DNA from: Candidatus Peregrinibacteria bacterium CG_4_10_14_0_2_um_filter_38_24
Lineage (GTDB): Bacteria > Patescibacteriota > Gracilibacteria > UBA1369 > LOWO2-01-FULL-3
DNA length: 64,000 bases
Direction: 5' to 3'
Assembly: GCA_002792535.1 (NCBI GenBank)
Contig: PFOM01000004.1
Location: 2,551 to 66,550, forward strand
The notes below the pieces were generated by a model. That model was given only the letters and a program-made list of their open reading frames with translations. It was not told the DNA's origin and did not search any database. A program made the translations under genes and the position numbers. Below are positions 46,609 to 56,900 of the stretch, one piece after another. How positions within the stretch are numbered: position 1 is the stretch's first letter; every line of letters begins with the position of its first letter.

Positions 46609-47292
46609 ATGGATGCAATAACATTAGAAGTACAAAGCAGAAATGCTGAAGAAAGAGCCAAAGATTTGTTGGCAAACAATTTGATTCCTTTGGAATTTTA
46701 CGGAAATGGCGTTGAAAATATATCTTTTAAAGTTGATTATCAAACTTTTAGAAGAACTTTTGTTAAAGCCGGGGCAAATACTATTATAAGTCTCGTTGTG
46801 GATGGCAAAAAAGGACCAAATGTTCTTGTTGGTGAAGTCCAATATCATCCGGTTAATGGAACTATGATTCATGTTGATCTTAGAAATGTAAAAATGGATC
46901 AGGAAATTACGACGAGCATACCTCTTACTTTTGTTGGAACTGCGCCTGCAGTGAAAAATCTTTCTGGAATTTTCATGGCTAAACTTGATGAAGTTGAGGT
47001 TAAATGTTTGCCAAATGCACTTGTTCATGAAATTGAAGTAAGTGTTGATTCTCTTGAAGATTTCCATTGTTACGTCAGGGTGAAAGATTTGACTGTTCCT
47101 GCTGGAATTATAATTATGAATGAACCTGAAGATGTAGTCGCGGTGGTTGTTGCTCCAAGAGCGGAGGAAGAACCTACGACTGTGGAGGCTGTTCCTGCAG
47201 AAGGTGGAGCTGTTCCTGCGGAAGGTGAAGCTGCTTCTGCGGAAGGTGAAGCTGCTTCTGCGGAAGGTGGTGAGGAGCAAAAGGCAAAATAA
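46609..47292 (+). CDS. rplY: 50S ribosomal protein L25/Ctc
   Basis: IPLEFYG, VQYHPV..HVD, IPLTFVG, VKCLP; acidic tail with 21-bp repeats. Alternative ATG at 46597. Confidence 0.93.
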   Translation: MDAITLEVQSRNAEERAKDLLANNLIPLEFYGNGVENISFKVDYQTFRRTFVKAGANTIISLVVDGKKGPNVLVGEVQYHPVNGTMIHVDLRNVKMDQEITTSIPLTFVGTAPAVKNLSGIFMAKLDEVEVKCLPNALVHEIEVSVDSLEDFHCYVRVKDLTVPAGIIIMNEPEDVVAVVVAPRAEEEPTTVEAVPAEGGAVPAEGEAASAEGEAASAEGGEEQKAK

Positions 47293-47370
47293 TTCTAATG
47301 CGTTTTTGAGGTTTTTGTTGCATTTTGATTTAAAAGTGCAATAATATTAACTGAGTTATTTGTTGTGCTT

Positions 47371-47886
47371 ATGAAGAAAATTATTTATTCAGTTATATTG
47401 GTTGCCATTTTCGGCCTTGTTTACGCTGGGTGTTCTGTTTTTGGGGCGAAGGTTGAAGATGTTTTTTCTATTGAGTTTTATATTGATGATGGAAATATTC
47501 CGGATGATTATTTCTCTGTTTCCACTCTTAAATTGATTCCAAGTCCGGGAGATAGAACTCTTTCTTTGGATTACGGACGTACTTATCCGAAGGCTGAGGG
47601 AAGCGTTAAAGCTCAAAATCCAGATGTTAAAAACAATGGAGTTGTGGGTGGAGAATTTTATGATCGTTTTGAGGAGGCTGTAGCTTTGATTTTGGATGGA
47701 AAATTAAAAAATTCTGATTCGTATGATGCTTCTACTGGTGTCGGAAAATTTGCTGTTTCGCTTAATCTTAAAAATGGGAAAAATCAAAAATATGACTATA
47801 GTATGATACAAAATGACGTGGAATTTGATCCTGTTAGATCTTTATTCCTTGATGTTACAAATCTTTTTAGTCAGGATGTTTATTAA
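47371..47886 (+). CDS. Hypothetical lipoprotein
   Basis: MKK + hydrophobic stretch + YAGC lipobox-like motif. Confidence 0.75.
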   Translation: MKKIIYSVILVAIFGLVYAGCSVFGAKVEDVFSIEFYIDDGNIPDDYFSVSTLKLIPSPGDRTLSLDYGRTYPKAEGSVKAQNPDVKNNGVVGGEFYDRFEEAVALILDGKLKNSDSYDASTGVGKFAVSLNLKNGKNQKYDYSMIQNDVEFDPVRSLFLDVTNLFSQDVY

Positions 47887-47903
47887 AATTTAATCAAAAC
47901 AAA

Positions 47904-48494
47904 ATGAATCTCAAAAATTATGTTATTTCTGAGGCGAAAAATGCTATTGCGATTTTGAAGTTTGATAAGGTTATGATGGCTCATGTTGCAGGGAAATCCG
48001 ATGCGACCAGAAACGGTATTATTATTCTTGTTGTTCCGGCTGTTTTTAATATTATTTTTGGATCGCTTAGTTTTCCTTCTGGATTTTCATCGATTTTTTC
48101 AAGGTTTCTTGTTTGGCCGCTTTTGATTCCGGTGTTTGCTTTTGTTGGAATGATTTTTGGGGTTAGCTATGTGGCTAGAAAATATTTTCATGGAGTAGGA
48201 AATGATATTGGATTTTTCAGAGTTTTATCTTATGCAGGGGTTATTTCTTGGCTCTCTATTCCCGTTGCGGTTCTTTCAATGATTGGAGTTTTTGACATTT
48301 TTAATCTGCTTAGCATTATTAATTTGGCGGTGGTGATTATGGTTTTTGCGGTTTGTTATCATTTACTTTTGGATTACCACAAAGTTCATAAAGATGATGC
48401 TGTAAAGATAATTGCGATCGGTGTTGTCGGATATTTTGTGTTTCAGTGGATTTTGGGGAAAATTTTGGTGGGTAGCGTGTATAGATATTTTTAA
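47904..48494 (+). CDS. Yip1-like membrane protein
   Basis: Five TM segments with F.G.G..IGFFRVLSYA. Confidence 0.7.
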   Translation: MNLKNYVISEAKNAIAILKFDKVMMAHVAGKSDATRNGIIILVVPAVFNIIFGSLSFPSGFSSIFSRFLVWPLLIPVFAFVGMIFGVSYVARKYFHGVGNDIGFFRVLSYAGVISWLSIPVAVLSMIGVFDIFNLLSIINLAVVIMVFAVCYHLLLDYHKVHKDDAVKIIAIGVVGYFVFQWILGKILVGSVYRYF

Positions 48495-48664
48495 AGATAG
48501 AAAAGGCAAAATTAGAGTTATATCTCTTCGCAATTTGTTTGTGCAGTTTGGCATATCTAACATGTACGATATGCCAAAAATTCAGGCATCATGATGCCTG
48601 AATTGGCACAAAAATAAATTGTTCATAGACATAACTCTAATTTTGCCTTTTCTACCTTTAAAAA
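48488..48664. repeat. Structured palindromic element, family 1, copy C
   Basis: 38-bp outer IR (two A-C mismatches); TTTGGCATAT-CTAACATGTACG-ATATGCCAAA; perfect palindrome AATTCAGGCATCATGATGCCTGAATT. Confidence 0.9.
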
Positions 48665-48708
48665 AAGGCTGTTTTGTGGTATAATGTTTAGATATAAATT
48701 AGCTATAA

Positions 48709-50574
48709 ATGGATAATAAAAAAGGACAAAATGTTGGGATAAATCCGTTTGCAGATGATGCGAATGTTGCAGGTGGGGCTCAGTTTCCCGATGATGCTGT
48801 TCCAAATGAAGATAAAACTTCCAAAAAGAAGGAGAAAAAGATGAGAAAGCCTAAGGTTATTGATCAAGATTTGGAGGAGGATAAGATGGAGGTTAAGCAT
48901 AAAACTAAGAAAAAAATTAAAGGTTATGAGAATGATGTTAAGCAGTATGTGAGTGAAGTTGCGTCAAAGGGACAAAGGTCTGAATTTAAAGATTCTCTTG
49001 AGGAGGAAGGCGTTATGGCCGATAGTGATATTGGCGTTAAGAAGAAACGAAAGAGGAAGAGAAGGAAGAAAAAGGTTGTTGCTGATAATATTGAGGAGGA
49101 AAATGTTCCTTCTGTTGGGGCTACTGAGGCTAGTCCTGAGGCGGATGATTTTGCCGAGGAAGCTGTCCCTGAAGTTGTTGATGAAGAGGATTCGAAAGAT
49201 ATGGATATTGAGTTGGATGATGAAATTGTTGAAGAACCTGTGGAAGAACAAAAATTTGAAGCTGTGATTCCTAAGGAGGAAGAAGATGTGGCCGTGAAAA
49301 AGGCTGTGGTTCCTTCGGAACCTGAGGTCGTTGAACCTGAAAAAGTTGTAGTGCCACCAGTGCCACCAGTGCCTGAAGAAGCGCCTGATATATCGGAGAC
49401 TTTTAATCCTTTTGGAGACGGTGTTGTGGATGATGATGATATCTCCAAGGAATCTACTGTCGTTGAAGAAAAAAAAGATGAAGGTGCTTCTATAAATCCT
49501 TTTGCTGAAACTTCTCAGAAAGAATTGGAAGATCCGAAATGGAAGGAAGAAAAGCCTAAGGAGGAAGTTGTTGAAGAGGTCTCACAAGCGCCTGCTACTA
49601 CGCCTGAAGTTGTTGAGGCGAGGATAGTGCACGAAGAGCCGAAAAATGTTGAGCCGGAGGTTAAACCTATGTCTAAAATATCACCTGAGGTTATAGCGTC
49701 TAGTGAGTTTGATGATGGGGGATTCTTTTATATGCTTGAACAAGCTGGGATAACGAAGGGCAAAATTCTTGGGGTTTTTGTGGCGTTGGTTCTTGTAATC
49801 CTTGGAATTATCGGGATATTTTATGTGCCATTTGGAGATATTTTTGGAGGAGGTGAAAAAACTGAGACCTTAGCGGAAGATCAGCAGAAAGAGGAAAAAC
49901 AAGATGTCCAAAAGCCTGTTGTGGGAACTCCTGAAGTCAAAGAGGGTACGGATGCTTTGAATATGAGTGAAATTCTTGGTAATGAATATGACTATTTGAT
50001 TCTTGGTAGTAATAAAATTTTGGGTGCGTTTTTTGCATTGAAACTTGGTGGGGAATTCGTGAGTCCTGAGCATAGATTTGCTTATTACATGCGGTATTTG
50101 AATGAAATGCAAAATCTATATGCTACTGATATTTATAAATTTTTGGATCAATCGTATGACAGGAGGGCATCTCTGACGAGTTTTTTGACTAAAATGAAGA
50201 GTGAAATAGACAATGCCAAGCAAATTCAAAATGAGGTCGCAAAGGCGGCGGCAAATATAAATGTGGCTAGTCTTTCGGCTGGGGAGCAGAGAGATCTTTT
50301 TGAGAAAGAATTTTTTGCGGATACAAAAGATTTGAGAGGACAAGATTCTTTCAATAATCTTGAAAAATTTGTAGGGTTTTCGCAAAGTGCAATAAGACTT
50401 CGTGCTTATTACAAAGCCTATAATTACATTTCTGACATGTACATAAATTCTATTAAGAAACTTGAACCAAGGTATAAAGATATTTCTGCGAATTTTGATG
50501 CATTAGTGAGGGGTATACACGTTTTTGATATACCGGACTCCGATATAAATGCAATTATTCGTTTATCTCAATAG
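48709..50574 (+). CDS. Hypothetical single-TM protein with long acidic disordered N-terminus and helical C-terminal domain
   Basis: E/D/K/P-rich ~340 aa with repeated NPF motifs, one TM, helical tail. Confidence 0.8.
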   Translation: MDNKKGQNVGINPFADDANVAGGAQFPDDAVPNEDKTSKKKEKKMRKPKVIDQDLEEDKMEVKHKTKKKIKGYENDVKQYVSEVASKGQRSEFKDSLEEEGVMADSDIGVKKKRKRKRRKKKVVADNIEEENVPSVGATEASPEADDFAEEAVPEVVDEEDSKDMDIELDDEIVEEPVEEQKFEAVIPKEEEDVAVKKAVVPSEPEVVEPEKVVVPPVPPVPEEAPDISETFNPFGDGVVDDDDISKESTVVEEKKDEGASINPFAETSQKELEDPKWKEEKPKEEVVEEVSQAPATTPEVVEARIVHEEPKNVEPEVKPMSKISPEVIASSEFDDGGFFYMLEQAGITKGKILGVFVALVLVILGIIGIFYVPFGDIFGGGEKTETLAEDQQKEEKQDVQKPVVGTPEVKEGTDALNMSEILGNEYDYLILGSNKILGAFFALKLGGEFVSPEHRFAYYMRYLNEMQNLYATDIYKFLDQSYDRRASLTSFLTKMKSEIDNAKQIQNEVAKAAANINVASLSAGEQRDLFEKEFFADTKDLRGQDSFNNLEKFVGFSQSAIRLRAYYKAYNYISDMYINSIKKLEPRYKDISANFDALVRGIHVFDIPDSDINAIIRLSQ

Positions 50575-50619
50575 GGAAAAGTAGTATACTTTGTTTGGGT
50601 ATTTTTTCTTGAACATAGT

Positions 50620-52821
50620 ATGGTTCAAAAGGTTTCAAAAAAAGTGAAATTATTTGATTCTGAGCGGTTTGAGCGTGCGCTTTCTCTTGCGAAGAATCAT
50701 GACGCTTGTTGTATCTCCGCGCTGGACATCTTGGTGCCTATGAATCCAGATGAGGATACGGTTATTGCCTTGCTTGTGAAGGATCTTTTTCTTAGAGAAA
50801 TTTTGACGGAAAAAGAGATTGAGGAATCTTTTGGAAAAGTTGTATTGGATCTTATTCTTGCTGTAACCAAGATCGAGACTTTGAGTTATAAAGAAAATGA
50901 TCGGACTTCCAGACTTGAGATTTTGAGAAAAATGTTTTTGACGATGGCTAAGGATATCAGGGTTGTTTTGATGAGTTTGGCTTGTAGGCTTCATAAACTT
51001 AAAGATTTTCATGGAGTTTCGGATCATGTCGCATTTGCAAAGGAAACTCTTGATTTGTATGCGCCTATCGCGGATAGGCTTGGAATTTATAATGTGAAAA
51101 CAAGTCTTGAGGATCTTTCTTTTAAGTATACGAATCCTGTTGAATATAAAAATGTCTCAGGAAAACTGAAGGAATTAAAGAAGAGTTGTGAAATCTCTAT
51201 AGCTTGGATTAAGAATAGATTAACGGATTTTTTTGCGAATCGGGGAGTGATTGCTGATGTTTCAGGTAGAATAAAAGGTGTTTACAGTATTTATAAAAAA
51301 CTTAAAAAGAAAGGACTGAATTCTCCTGAGGATTTGTATGACATTTTTGCAATAAGAGTTGTTTTACCTGAGAAAAAAGACTTGTTGGGGAATTTTCAAG
51401 TTGAACATCTGTATTCTGTGTTGGGTCTTGTCCATAGCGAGTGGAGGCCTGTTACAAGAAGATTTAAGGACTACATCGCCGTTCCAAAAGCAAATGGATA
51501 CAAGAGTCTGCATACTGTCGTTTTGGGGCTTGCTCCAAAGGATATGGATCAGCCTGTTGAAATACAAATTAGAGATGAAAAAATGCACATGGATAGTGAG
51601 TTTGGGATCGCTTCACATTGGGTTTATAAACAGAATGGGAATTCAAGTGTGGAGGCGCTTAAGGCTTATTCTGATTGGGTGAAGGGAATTGCTGATATTC
51701 GGGAGGGGCTTAATGATTTGGATGTTTTCAAAGATAAAATATTTGTGTTAACTCCGCGTGGGGAGGTTCGTGATTTGATTGCTGGATCTACTCCTATTGA
51801 TTTTGCGTATAGTGTTCATACCGACATTGGGAATAGATGTATTATGTCAAAAGTTGACGCTAAGATTGTGCCTCTTGATTACGAGCTGAAGAATGGAGAA
51901 GTGGTTGAAATTATTACGAGAAGTGATGCAACGCCGAAATTACAATGGCTTTCTGTTGTCAAAAGCGGGTTTGCGCGAAATAGAATAAAGGCTTATTTTA
52001 GCTCTTTAAACAGGGATAATAATATAAAACTCGGGCGTGATATTTTGAATACTTATTTGGAAAGAATTGGGAAACCTTTTTTGGATCAGAATTATAGTAT
52101 TTTGAAAAGATATCTGGGGAAAAATTTGAATTTGGTGCAAAGAGAAACGATTCTTGAGGAAATAGGGAAAGGTGGAAGGCCTGCACATGAAATTGTTAAG
52201 AAAATTTATCCTTACGAGGAAGCTGTTGTTCATTCCGTCGTCATGCCTGCGAAGGTCATTAAGAAGCCAAAAAAAGGTGGTCTTGAACAGAGCGTTGTTA
52301 TAGAAAAACAGGTTTTGATTGGTGGAGAAGAAGGGCTTCCTATAAAATTCGCTGCATGTTGTGAGCCAAAATTTGGAGATAATATTCTTGGATATGTGAC
52401 GCGCGGAAATTGTGTTACGGTTCACAAAATGGATTGTAAGATGATTGGGGCTCTTAATTATGATAGATTTGTCGCTGCTCATTTTAAAAATATTTCTGAC
52501 GAAGGGCCGAAATATATTGTGGGGATCAAGGTTGTTGTTATGTCTAGAATAGGGCTTATGAATGAGCTCACTGCGGAAATGGCCAAATTAAATATGACGA
52601 TAAAAGATATTCAATTGAAGGAACTTGGGGATGCTGGGCTTCATGAGGATTATTTTTTATTGGAAATGGATAATCTGGATAAGTTCGATATTATTATAGA
52701 TAGGCTTGAAAATATAAATGGTGTGATGAAAGTTTCCAGAGCCAAAAAAGAAAATGAGAAATATGTCGCAAGCGCGCATGGAAGGCGAAAAACTTCTAGT
52801 GGTATAAAAAAGAAAGCTTAG
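50620..52821 (+). CDS. rel: Long RelA/SpoT homolog (synthetase, TGS, ZFD, ACT; hydrolase domain degenerate)
   Basis: YAPIADRLG, GRIK..YSIYKK, RFKDYIAVPKANGYKSLH, EIQIR, TPIDFAYSVHT, ACCEP. Confidence 0.93.
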   Translation: MVQKVSKKVKLFDSERFERALSLAKNHDACCISALDILVPMNPDEDTVIALLVKDLFLREILTEKEIEESFGKVVLDLILAVTKIETLSYKENDRTSRLEILRKMFLTMAKDIRVVLMSLACRLHKLKDFHGVSDHVAFAKETLDLYAPIADRLGIYNVKTSLEDLSFKYTNPVEYKNVSGKLKELKKSCEISIAWIKNRLTDFFANRGVIADVSGRIKGVYSIYKKLKKKGLNSPEDLYDIFAIRVVLPEKKDLLGNFQVEHLYSVLGLVHSEWRPVTRRFKDYIAVPKANGYKSLHTVVLGLAPKDMDQPVEIQIRDEKMHMDSEFGIASHWVYKQNGNSSVEALKAYSDWVKGIADIREGLNDLDVFKDKIFVLTPRGEVRDLIAGSTPIDFAYSVHTDIGNRCIMSKVDAKIVPLDYELKNGEVVEIITRSDATPKLQWLSVVKSGFARNRIKAYFSSLNRDNNIKLGRDILNTYLERIGKPFLDQNYSILKRYLGKNLNLVQRETILEEIGKGGRPAHEIVKKIYPYEEAVVHSVVMPAKVIKKPKKGGLEQSVVIEKQVLIGGEEGLPIKFAACCEPKFGDNILGYVTRGNCVTVHKMDCKMIGALNYDRFVAAHFKNISDEGPKYIVGIKVVVMSRIGLMNELTAEMAKLNMTIKDIQLKELGDAGLHEDYFLLEMDNLDKFDIIIDRLENINGVMKVSRAKKENEKYVASAHGRRKTSSGIKKKA

Positions 52822-53420
52822 AAATCCAATAATTTATTTAGATATTTTGAGATATAAGAATCTTCTTCTTTTGTTGTTTTAATTTTTTCTATTTCTGTGA
52901 AAGTTTTTGTCTTTATGAATTCGAAAAATTTGATGTATTTATCTGAAATGTGCATTGTGCTGTCTTTGAAGTTCGGAACGATTCCAAGTTTGTCCATGAG
53001 TTTTATTGCGAATGCGGTGTAGATTAAGTGTGGTTTTTTTGATGTCATTAAATGCATAATGGCTTTTCTCATGAGGCTTATCAGGTTTTTGTATTTTTGT
53101 TCTTCGAAAAGTAAGGCGTTTGCGATTTCCGCGATTTTTAATGCGCTTTGAAATGTTTCGAGTTTTTCAGCTTTTTTGAGAAGGGTTTCGTTGCTGGAAA
53201 TTTCTGTTATGATTATGTTTTGTGGGCTGAAATAAAGGGAGACTTCTGCGATGTTTAGCGTTTCGATGTGTCCCGTGAATTTGCTTAAAATTTTTCTTCC
53301 TCCTTTTGCGTATGCTTTTATTTTGCCTAATTCTTCCGAATATAAATAAACAAGTCTATCGGATTCTCCGACATTCTTGTGGCCTAAAATTATGCATTTT
53401 GTGGTTACTGATTTAGATAT
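52818..53420 (-). CDS. recO: DNA repair protein RecO (probable non-canonical ATA start)
   Basis: Frame is open 116 codons upstream of the listed ATG: (M)SKSVTTKCIILGHKNVGESDRLVYLYSEELGKIKAYAKGGRKILSKFTGHIETLN, the RecO OB-fold signature. Confidence 0.88.
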   Translation of the reverse strand: MSKSVTTKCIILGHKNVGESDRLVYLYSEELGKIKAYAKGGRKILSKFTGHIETLNIAEVSLYFSPQNIIITEISSNETLLKKAEKLETFQSALKIAEIANALLFEEQKYKNLISLMRKAIMHLMTSKKPHLIYTAFAIKLMDKLGIVPNFKDSTMHISDKYIKFFEFIKTKTFTEIEKIKTTKEEDSYISKYLNKLLDF

Positions 53421-54328
53421 TCGTGTACTGCGATTAGAGAACTTGTTACGCTTAATGCGATTGTTGCCAGAATTTCGCCTATGATGATTTTGATGATTTC
53501 AGAATTTTGGAATGTCATTGAAATTCCATAGGATGAGATGTCGATTTTTTGTGTGATTAATGCGAACATTCCAAGGCTTAGGACGATCGCAAGAAGTCCA
53601 TAAATTATGCTTTCTATGATGAATGGAAGTCTGATGAAAGAATAAGATGCGCCAACGAGTTTCATTACTTCGATTTCTTTTTTGCGATTAAAAATCGTGA
53701 TTTGGATTGCGTTTAAAATGATTAGTGCGCCTCCGACTATGAAAATTGCAATGAGCCAGAATACGATTTGGCCTGCGAAATTTGTGATTTTTACGAGATT
53801 TTGTGCGGCGCTTGTGATGAGTGATGCGTTTTCGGAACTGTTCGCTTCAAAGTTTGAAAGGTAGGTACTGTATTTTTCTTGTGATAAAAATTCTGTTACG
53901 GTTTTGTAATATTTTGGATGTATGGTTTTTATGTTTATGCTTGCAGGAAGCGGATTTCCGAGGTTGTATTTTTCAAAGGCGCCTGAAATATCCGGATGTA
54001 ATTTGTTGATTTGGGTGAGAGCGTCTTCTTTTGAAAAGTATGTGGCGCTTTCTACTCCTTCAATGTTTTTTAAATCATTTGTAATTGAAATCATTTGTTC
54101 GTAGGATGTGCTTTCTTTGAGGTAGGCGACGATGTCTATTTTTTTATTTAAATCTGAAAGTGCGTCTTGCGAAATGAAATTTACAAGTAAAATTGTGTTA
54201 AAAATGAGCAAAATAACCGCTATCACAAATATTACGGCTACTGATAAAAATTTATTTCTCCATACATTCGAAACTGCGAGCGAAAAACCGCGTTTAATCA
54301 GGTTGAGTGATGAGGGTATTTGTTTCAT
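53405..54328 (-). CDS. ftsX: Cell division permease FtsX-like
   Basis: NVWRN..LS, SKEDAL, NPLPAS, NAIQITIFNRKKEIEVMKLVGAS..FIRLPFIIE. Confidence 0.93.
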   Translation of the reverse strand: MKQIPSSLNLIKRGFSLAVSNVWRNKFLSVAVIFVIAVILLIFNTILLVNFISQDALSDLNKKIDIVAYLKESTSYEQMISITNDLKNIEGVESATYFSKEDALTQINKLHPDISGAFEKYNLGNPLPASINIKTIHPKYYKTVTEFLSQEKYSTYLSNFEANSSENASLITSAAQNLVKITNFAGQIVFWLIAIFIVGGALIILNAIQITIFNRKKEIEVMKLVGASYSFIRLPFIIESIIYGLLAIVLSLGMFALITQKIDISSYGISMTFQNSEIIKIIIGEILATIALSVTSSLIAVHEYLNQ

Positions 54329-54773
54329 GAGGATTTGGTTTACACTGTGAAAGATTATATTTAATTATTGAAGATTTGTACATATCAGGACGATATGGCT
54401 TTAGTCTGACGATTTTTGTTTCCAGTCCAAGCTCGATTATCATTTTGTCGAGTAAATATGTGAATGCGAATTGATCGTATCCAAGCGCGATAATGTTGGG
54501 TTTGTAATTTTTTATTACTTTTGTTTTATCTTTTGTGTCGCCCAAAATGACTTTGTCCGCCCAAGATGTTTCTTCGAGTGCTTTCATTCTTTCTTTTTCG
54601 TTGTGGTCTGGAAGAGCGCCTTTGATTGTTTTTACTGTGTTGTCGCGCGCTATTATTGCGATGATTTCGTCACCAAGCTCGCGTGCTTGTGAAAAGAGAT
54701 TTTCGTGACCGGCATGCAGGTAATCAAATGTTCCGAAGACCATTACCAATTTTTTTTCTTTTTCGTTTTGCAT
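54294..54773 (-). CDS. Cytidyltransferase-like adenylyltransferase (archaeal-type FAD synthase RibL-like)
   Basis: VFGTFDYLHAGH, IARD, ER, PNIIALGYDQ, KSS. Confidence 0.85.
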   Translation of the reverse strand: MQNEKEKKLVMVFGTFDYLHAGHENLFSQARELGDEIIAIIARDNTVKTIKGALPDHNEKERMKALEETSWADKVILGDTKDKTKVIKNYKPNIIALGYDQFAFTYLLDKMIIELGLETKIVRLKPYRPDMYKSSIIKYNLSQCKPNPHETNTLITQPD

Positions 54774-54795
54774 TTATTTTTTTAAAATTTTCTGC

Positions 54796-55101
54796 TTATA
54801 AAATTGTTGGAATCGCGAGATTTATGATTATTAGTGAGATCAAGGTGATTATTATCAATGATATTAGGAAAATGTCCAGCGTTTTATGTGATTCTTCCGG
54901 ATTAGTGAGGGATATTCTGAGGGAACATAGTCCATATATCATTCCTGTGAGAATGAATGGAATTTCCATGGTTTTGTTCACGATATAGCTTGTTTGTGCA
55001 AATATATTATTTGCTATAAGCATGCTGGATCCGAGATGGATGATTCCTATCGCAATAAAGAAGATTAGGGAAACTCTTTTTATGTTGAGAAGTGTGTTCA
55101 T
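54796..55101 (-). CDS. Hypothetical membrane protein (3 TM)
   Basis: Hydrophobic ORF heading the minus-strand operon. Confidence 0.75.
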   Translation of the reverse strand: MNTLLNIKRVSLIFFIAIGIIHLGSSMLIANNIFAQTSYIVNKTMEIPFILTGMIYGLCSLRISLTNPEESHKTLDIFLISLIIITLISLIIINLAIPTIL

Positions 55102-55177
55102 TTTTGTTTGTGGCTGTCAATGAAGGAATTTTAGCTTAGTTCTTGCTTTTTGGCTACTTTTTTTGTAGAGTTTCGGC

Positions 55178-55468
55178 ATGTTAACAGAAGAACAGGTAAG
55201 ACATGTAGCGAAGCTTGCAAGGCTTAAACTAACCGACGAGGAGGTTAAAAAGTTTGCCGGACAATTATCCGGAGTTCTTGAATATGTGGATATTTTGAAG
55301 GAAGTTGATACGGAAGGAGTGGAAATTACGAGTCAGGTGACGGGTTTGAAGAATGTCATGAGAAAGGATGAGGTTGTTGCGAGTACGGCTACGAGAGAGG
55401 AACTTTTGGCTTGTAGTGAGCTTGAGGTTGATAGCAATCAAGTAAAAGTGATGAATGCAATTAAATAA
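55178..55468 (+). CDS. gatC: Asp/Glu-tRNA amidotransferase subunit C
   Basis: EQVRHVAKLARL, VDTEGVE, NVMRKD. Confidence 0.95.
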   Translation: MLTEEQVRHVAKLARLKLTDEEVKKFAGQLSGVLEYVDILKEVDTEGVEITSQVTGLKNVMRKDEVVASTATREELLACSELEVDSNQVKVMNAIK

Positions 55469-56900
55469 ACTTAAAATTAGTGAGGCGGCAAAAGGGCTTA
55501 GAGAAGGTAAATTCTCTTGTGAGGATTTGATGAAAGATTGTTTGGCGGAGATTTCTCTCAAGAATAAAGATTTGAATGCGTATATTTTTGTTGATGAGAA
55601 AATGGCTTTAGCTGAGGCAAAAGAGATGGATAAGAGGTTGGAAAAAGGTGAAGATTTGGGGCATTTGATGGGAATTCCTTGTGCGATGAAAGATATTTTT
55701 AATACGAAGGGAGTGAGGACTACCTGTTGTTCTCCTATGCTAAAAGATTTTGTTCCTCCATACGATGCGGAGGTCGTGAAACGGCTTAGGAATGCGGGAA
55801 TGGTGATGATTGGAAAGACGAATATGGATGAGTTCGCGTGTGGTTCAAGTACTGAACATTCATGTTTTGGTGTAACGAAAAATCCATATGATGTTTCGTG
55901 TGTGGCAGGAGGGTCGTCTGGGGGAAGTGCGGCGGCGGTGGCTTCCGATATGTGTATTTATGCTACAGGAACTGATACAGGTGGGTCGATTCGTCAGCCT
56001 GCTTCACTATGCGGTGTTGTGGGAATGAAAGTGACTTATGGTCGTGTTTCAAGAAGTGGCGTGACTGCATTGGCTTCTAGCTGGGATACTATTGGTCATT
56101 TTGCGAAAAGTGTTGAAGATGCTGCAATTGTTTTAAATGTAACTGCAGGAAAAGATGCAAAGGATTCTACGACTCCGGATATAGAGGTTCCGGATTATAC
56201 TTCGTTTTTGGGAAAAGGTATAAAAGGGCTTAAGATAGGGATTCCTAAGGAATATTTTGGAGAGGGAATTGACAGCGAAGTTTCTGATAAAGTAATGGAA
56301 GTTGTGGTGAAGTTGGAAAAAGAAGGTGCGAAAGTGGTGGAAGTTTCTTTGCCAATGACTAAATACGCGATTGCTGCTTATTATGTTTCAATGCCGGCTG
56401 AACTTTCTGCGAATTTGGAAAGGTACGATGGAATAAGATATGGGAAAAAACCTGTAGGTAGCGCTCCGAAGGATTTGGTTGATTATTATTTTGCGGCTCG
56501 TGGAGAGGGATTTGGAAGTGAGATTAAACGTAGAATAATGATTGGAACTTATGTTTTGTCGGCTGGATATTATGATGCGTATTATAAGAAAGCTCAGAAA
56601 GTTCGTACGTTAATTATTCAGGATTTTAATAAAGCTTTTGAACAGGTTGATGTTTTGATTGCTCCTGTAAGTCCTTTCCCCGCATTTAAGATAGGGGAGT
56701 TGGCTGATGATCCACTTGCGATGTATATGGCGGATTCATTGACGCTTCCTGTTAGTGCGGCTGGTGTTCCTTCGCTTGCAGTTCCGGCGGGAATGTCGAA
56801 AAGTGGCTTGCCAATAGGCTTGCAAATCATCGCGCCGCAGTTTGAGGAGGGCAGGTGTTTTACGGTTGGGGATGTGGTTGAGAAAGTTCAAGCAGAATAA
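55455..56900 (+). CDS. gatA: Asp/Glu-tRNA amidotransferase subunit A
   Basis: GKTNMDEFACGSS, GGSSGGSAAAV, GTDTGGSIRQPA, RYDGIRYG, EIKRRIMIGTYVLSAGYYDAYY. Confidence 0.97.
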   Translation: MQLNKLKISEAAKGLREGKFSCEDLMKDCLAEISLKNKDLNAYIFVDEKMALAEAKEMDKRLEKGEDLGHLMGIPCAMKDIFNTKGVRTTCCSPMLKDFVPPYDAEVVKRLRNAGMVMIGKTNMDEFACGSSTEHSCFGVTKNPYDVSCVAGGSSGGSAAAVASDMCIYATGTDTGGSIRQPASLCGVVGMKVTYGRVSRSGVTALASSWDTIGHFAKSVEDAAIVLNVTAGKDAKDSTTPDIEVPDYTSFLGKGIKGLKIGIPKEYFGEGIDSEVSDKVMEVVVKLEKEGAKVVEVSLPMTKYAIAAYYVSMPAELSANLERYDGIRYGKKPVGSAPKDLVDYYFAARGEGFGSEIKRRIMIGTYVLSAGYYDAYYKKAQKVRTLIIQDFNKAFEQVDVLIAPVSPFPAFKIGELADDPLAMYMADSLTLPVSAAGVPSLAVPAGMSKSGLPIGLQIIAPQFEEGRCFTVGDVVEKVQAE

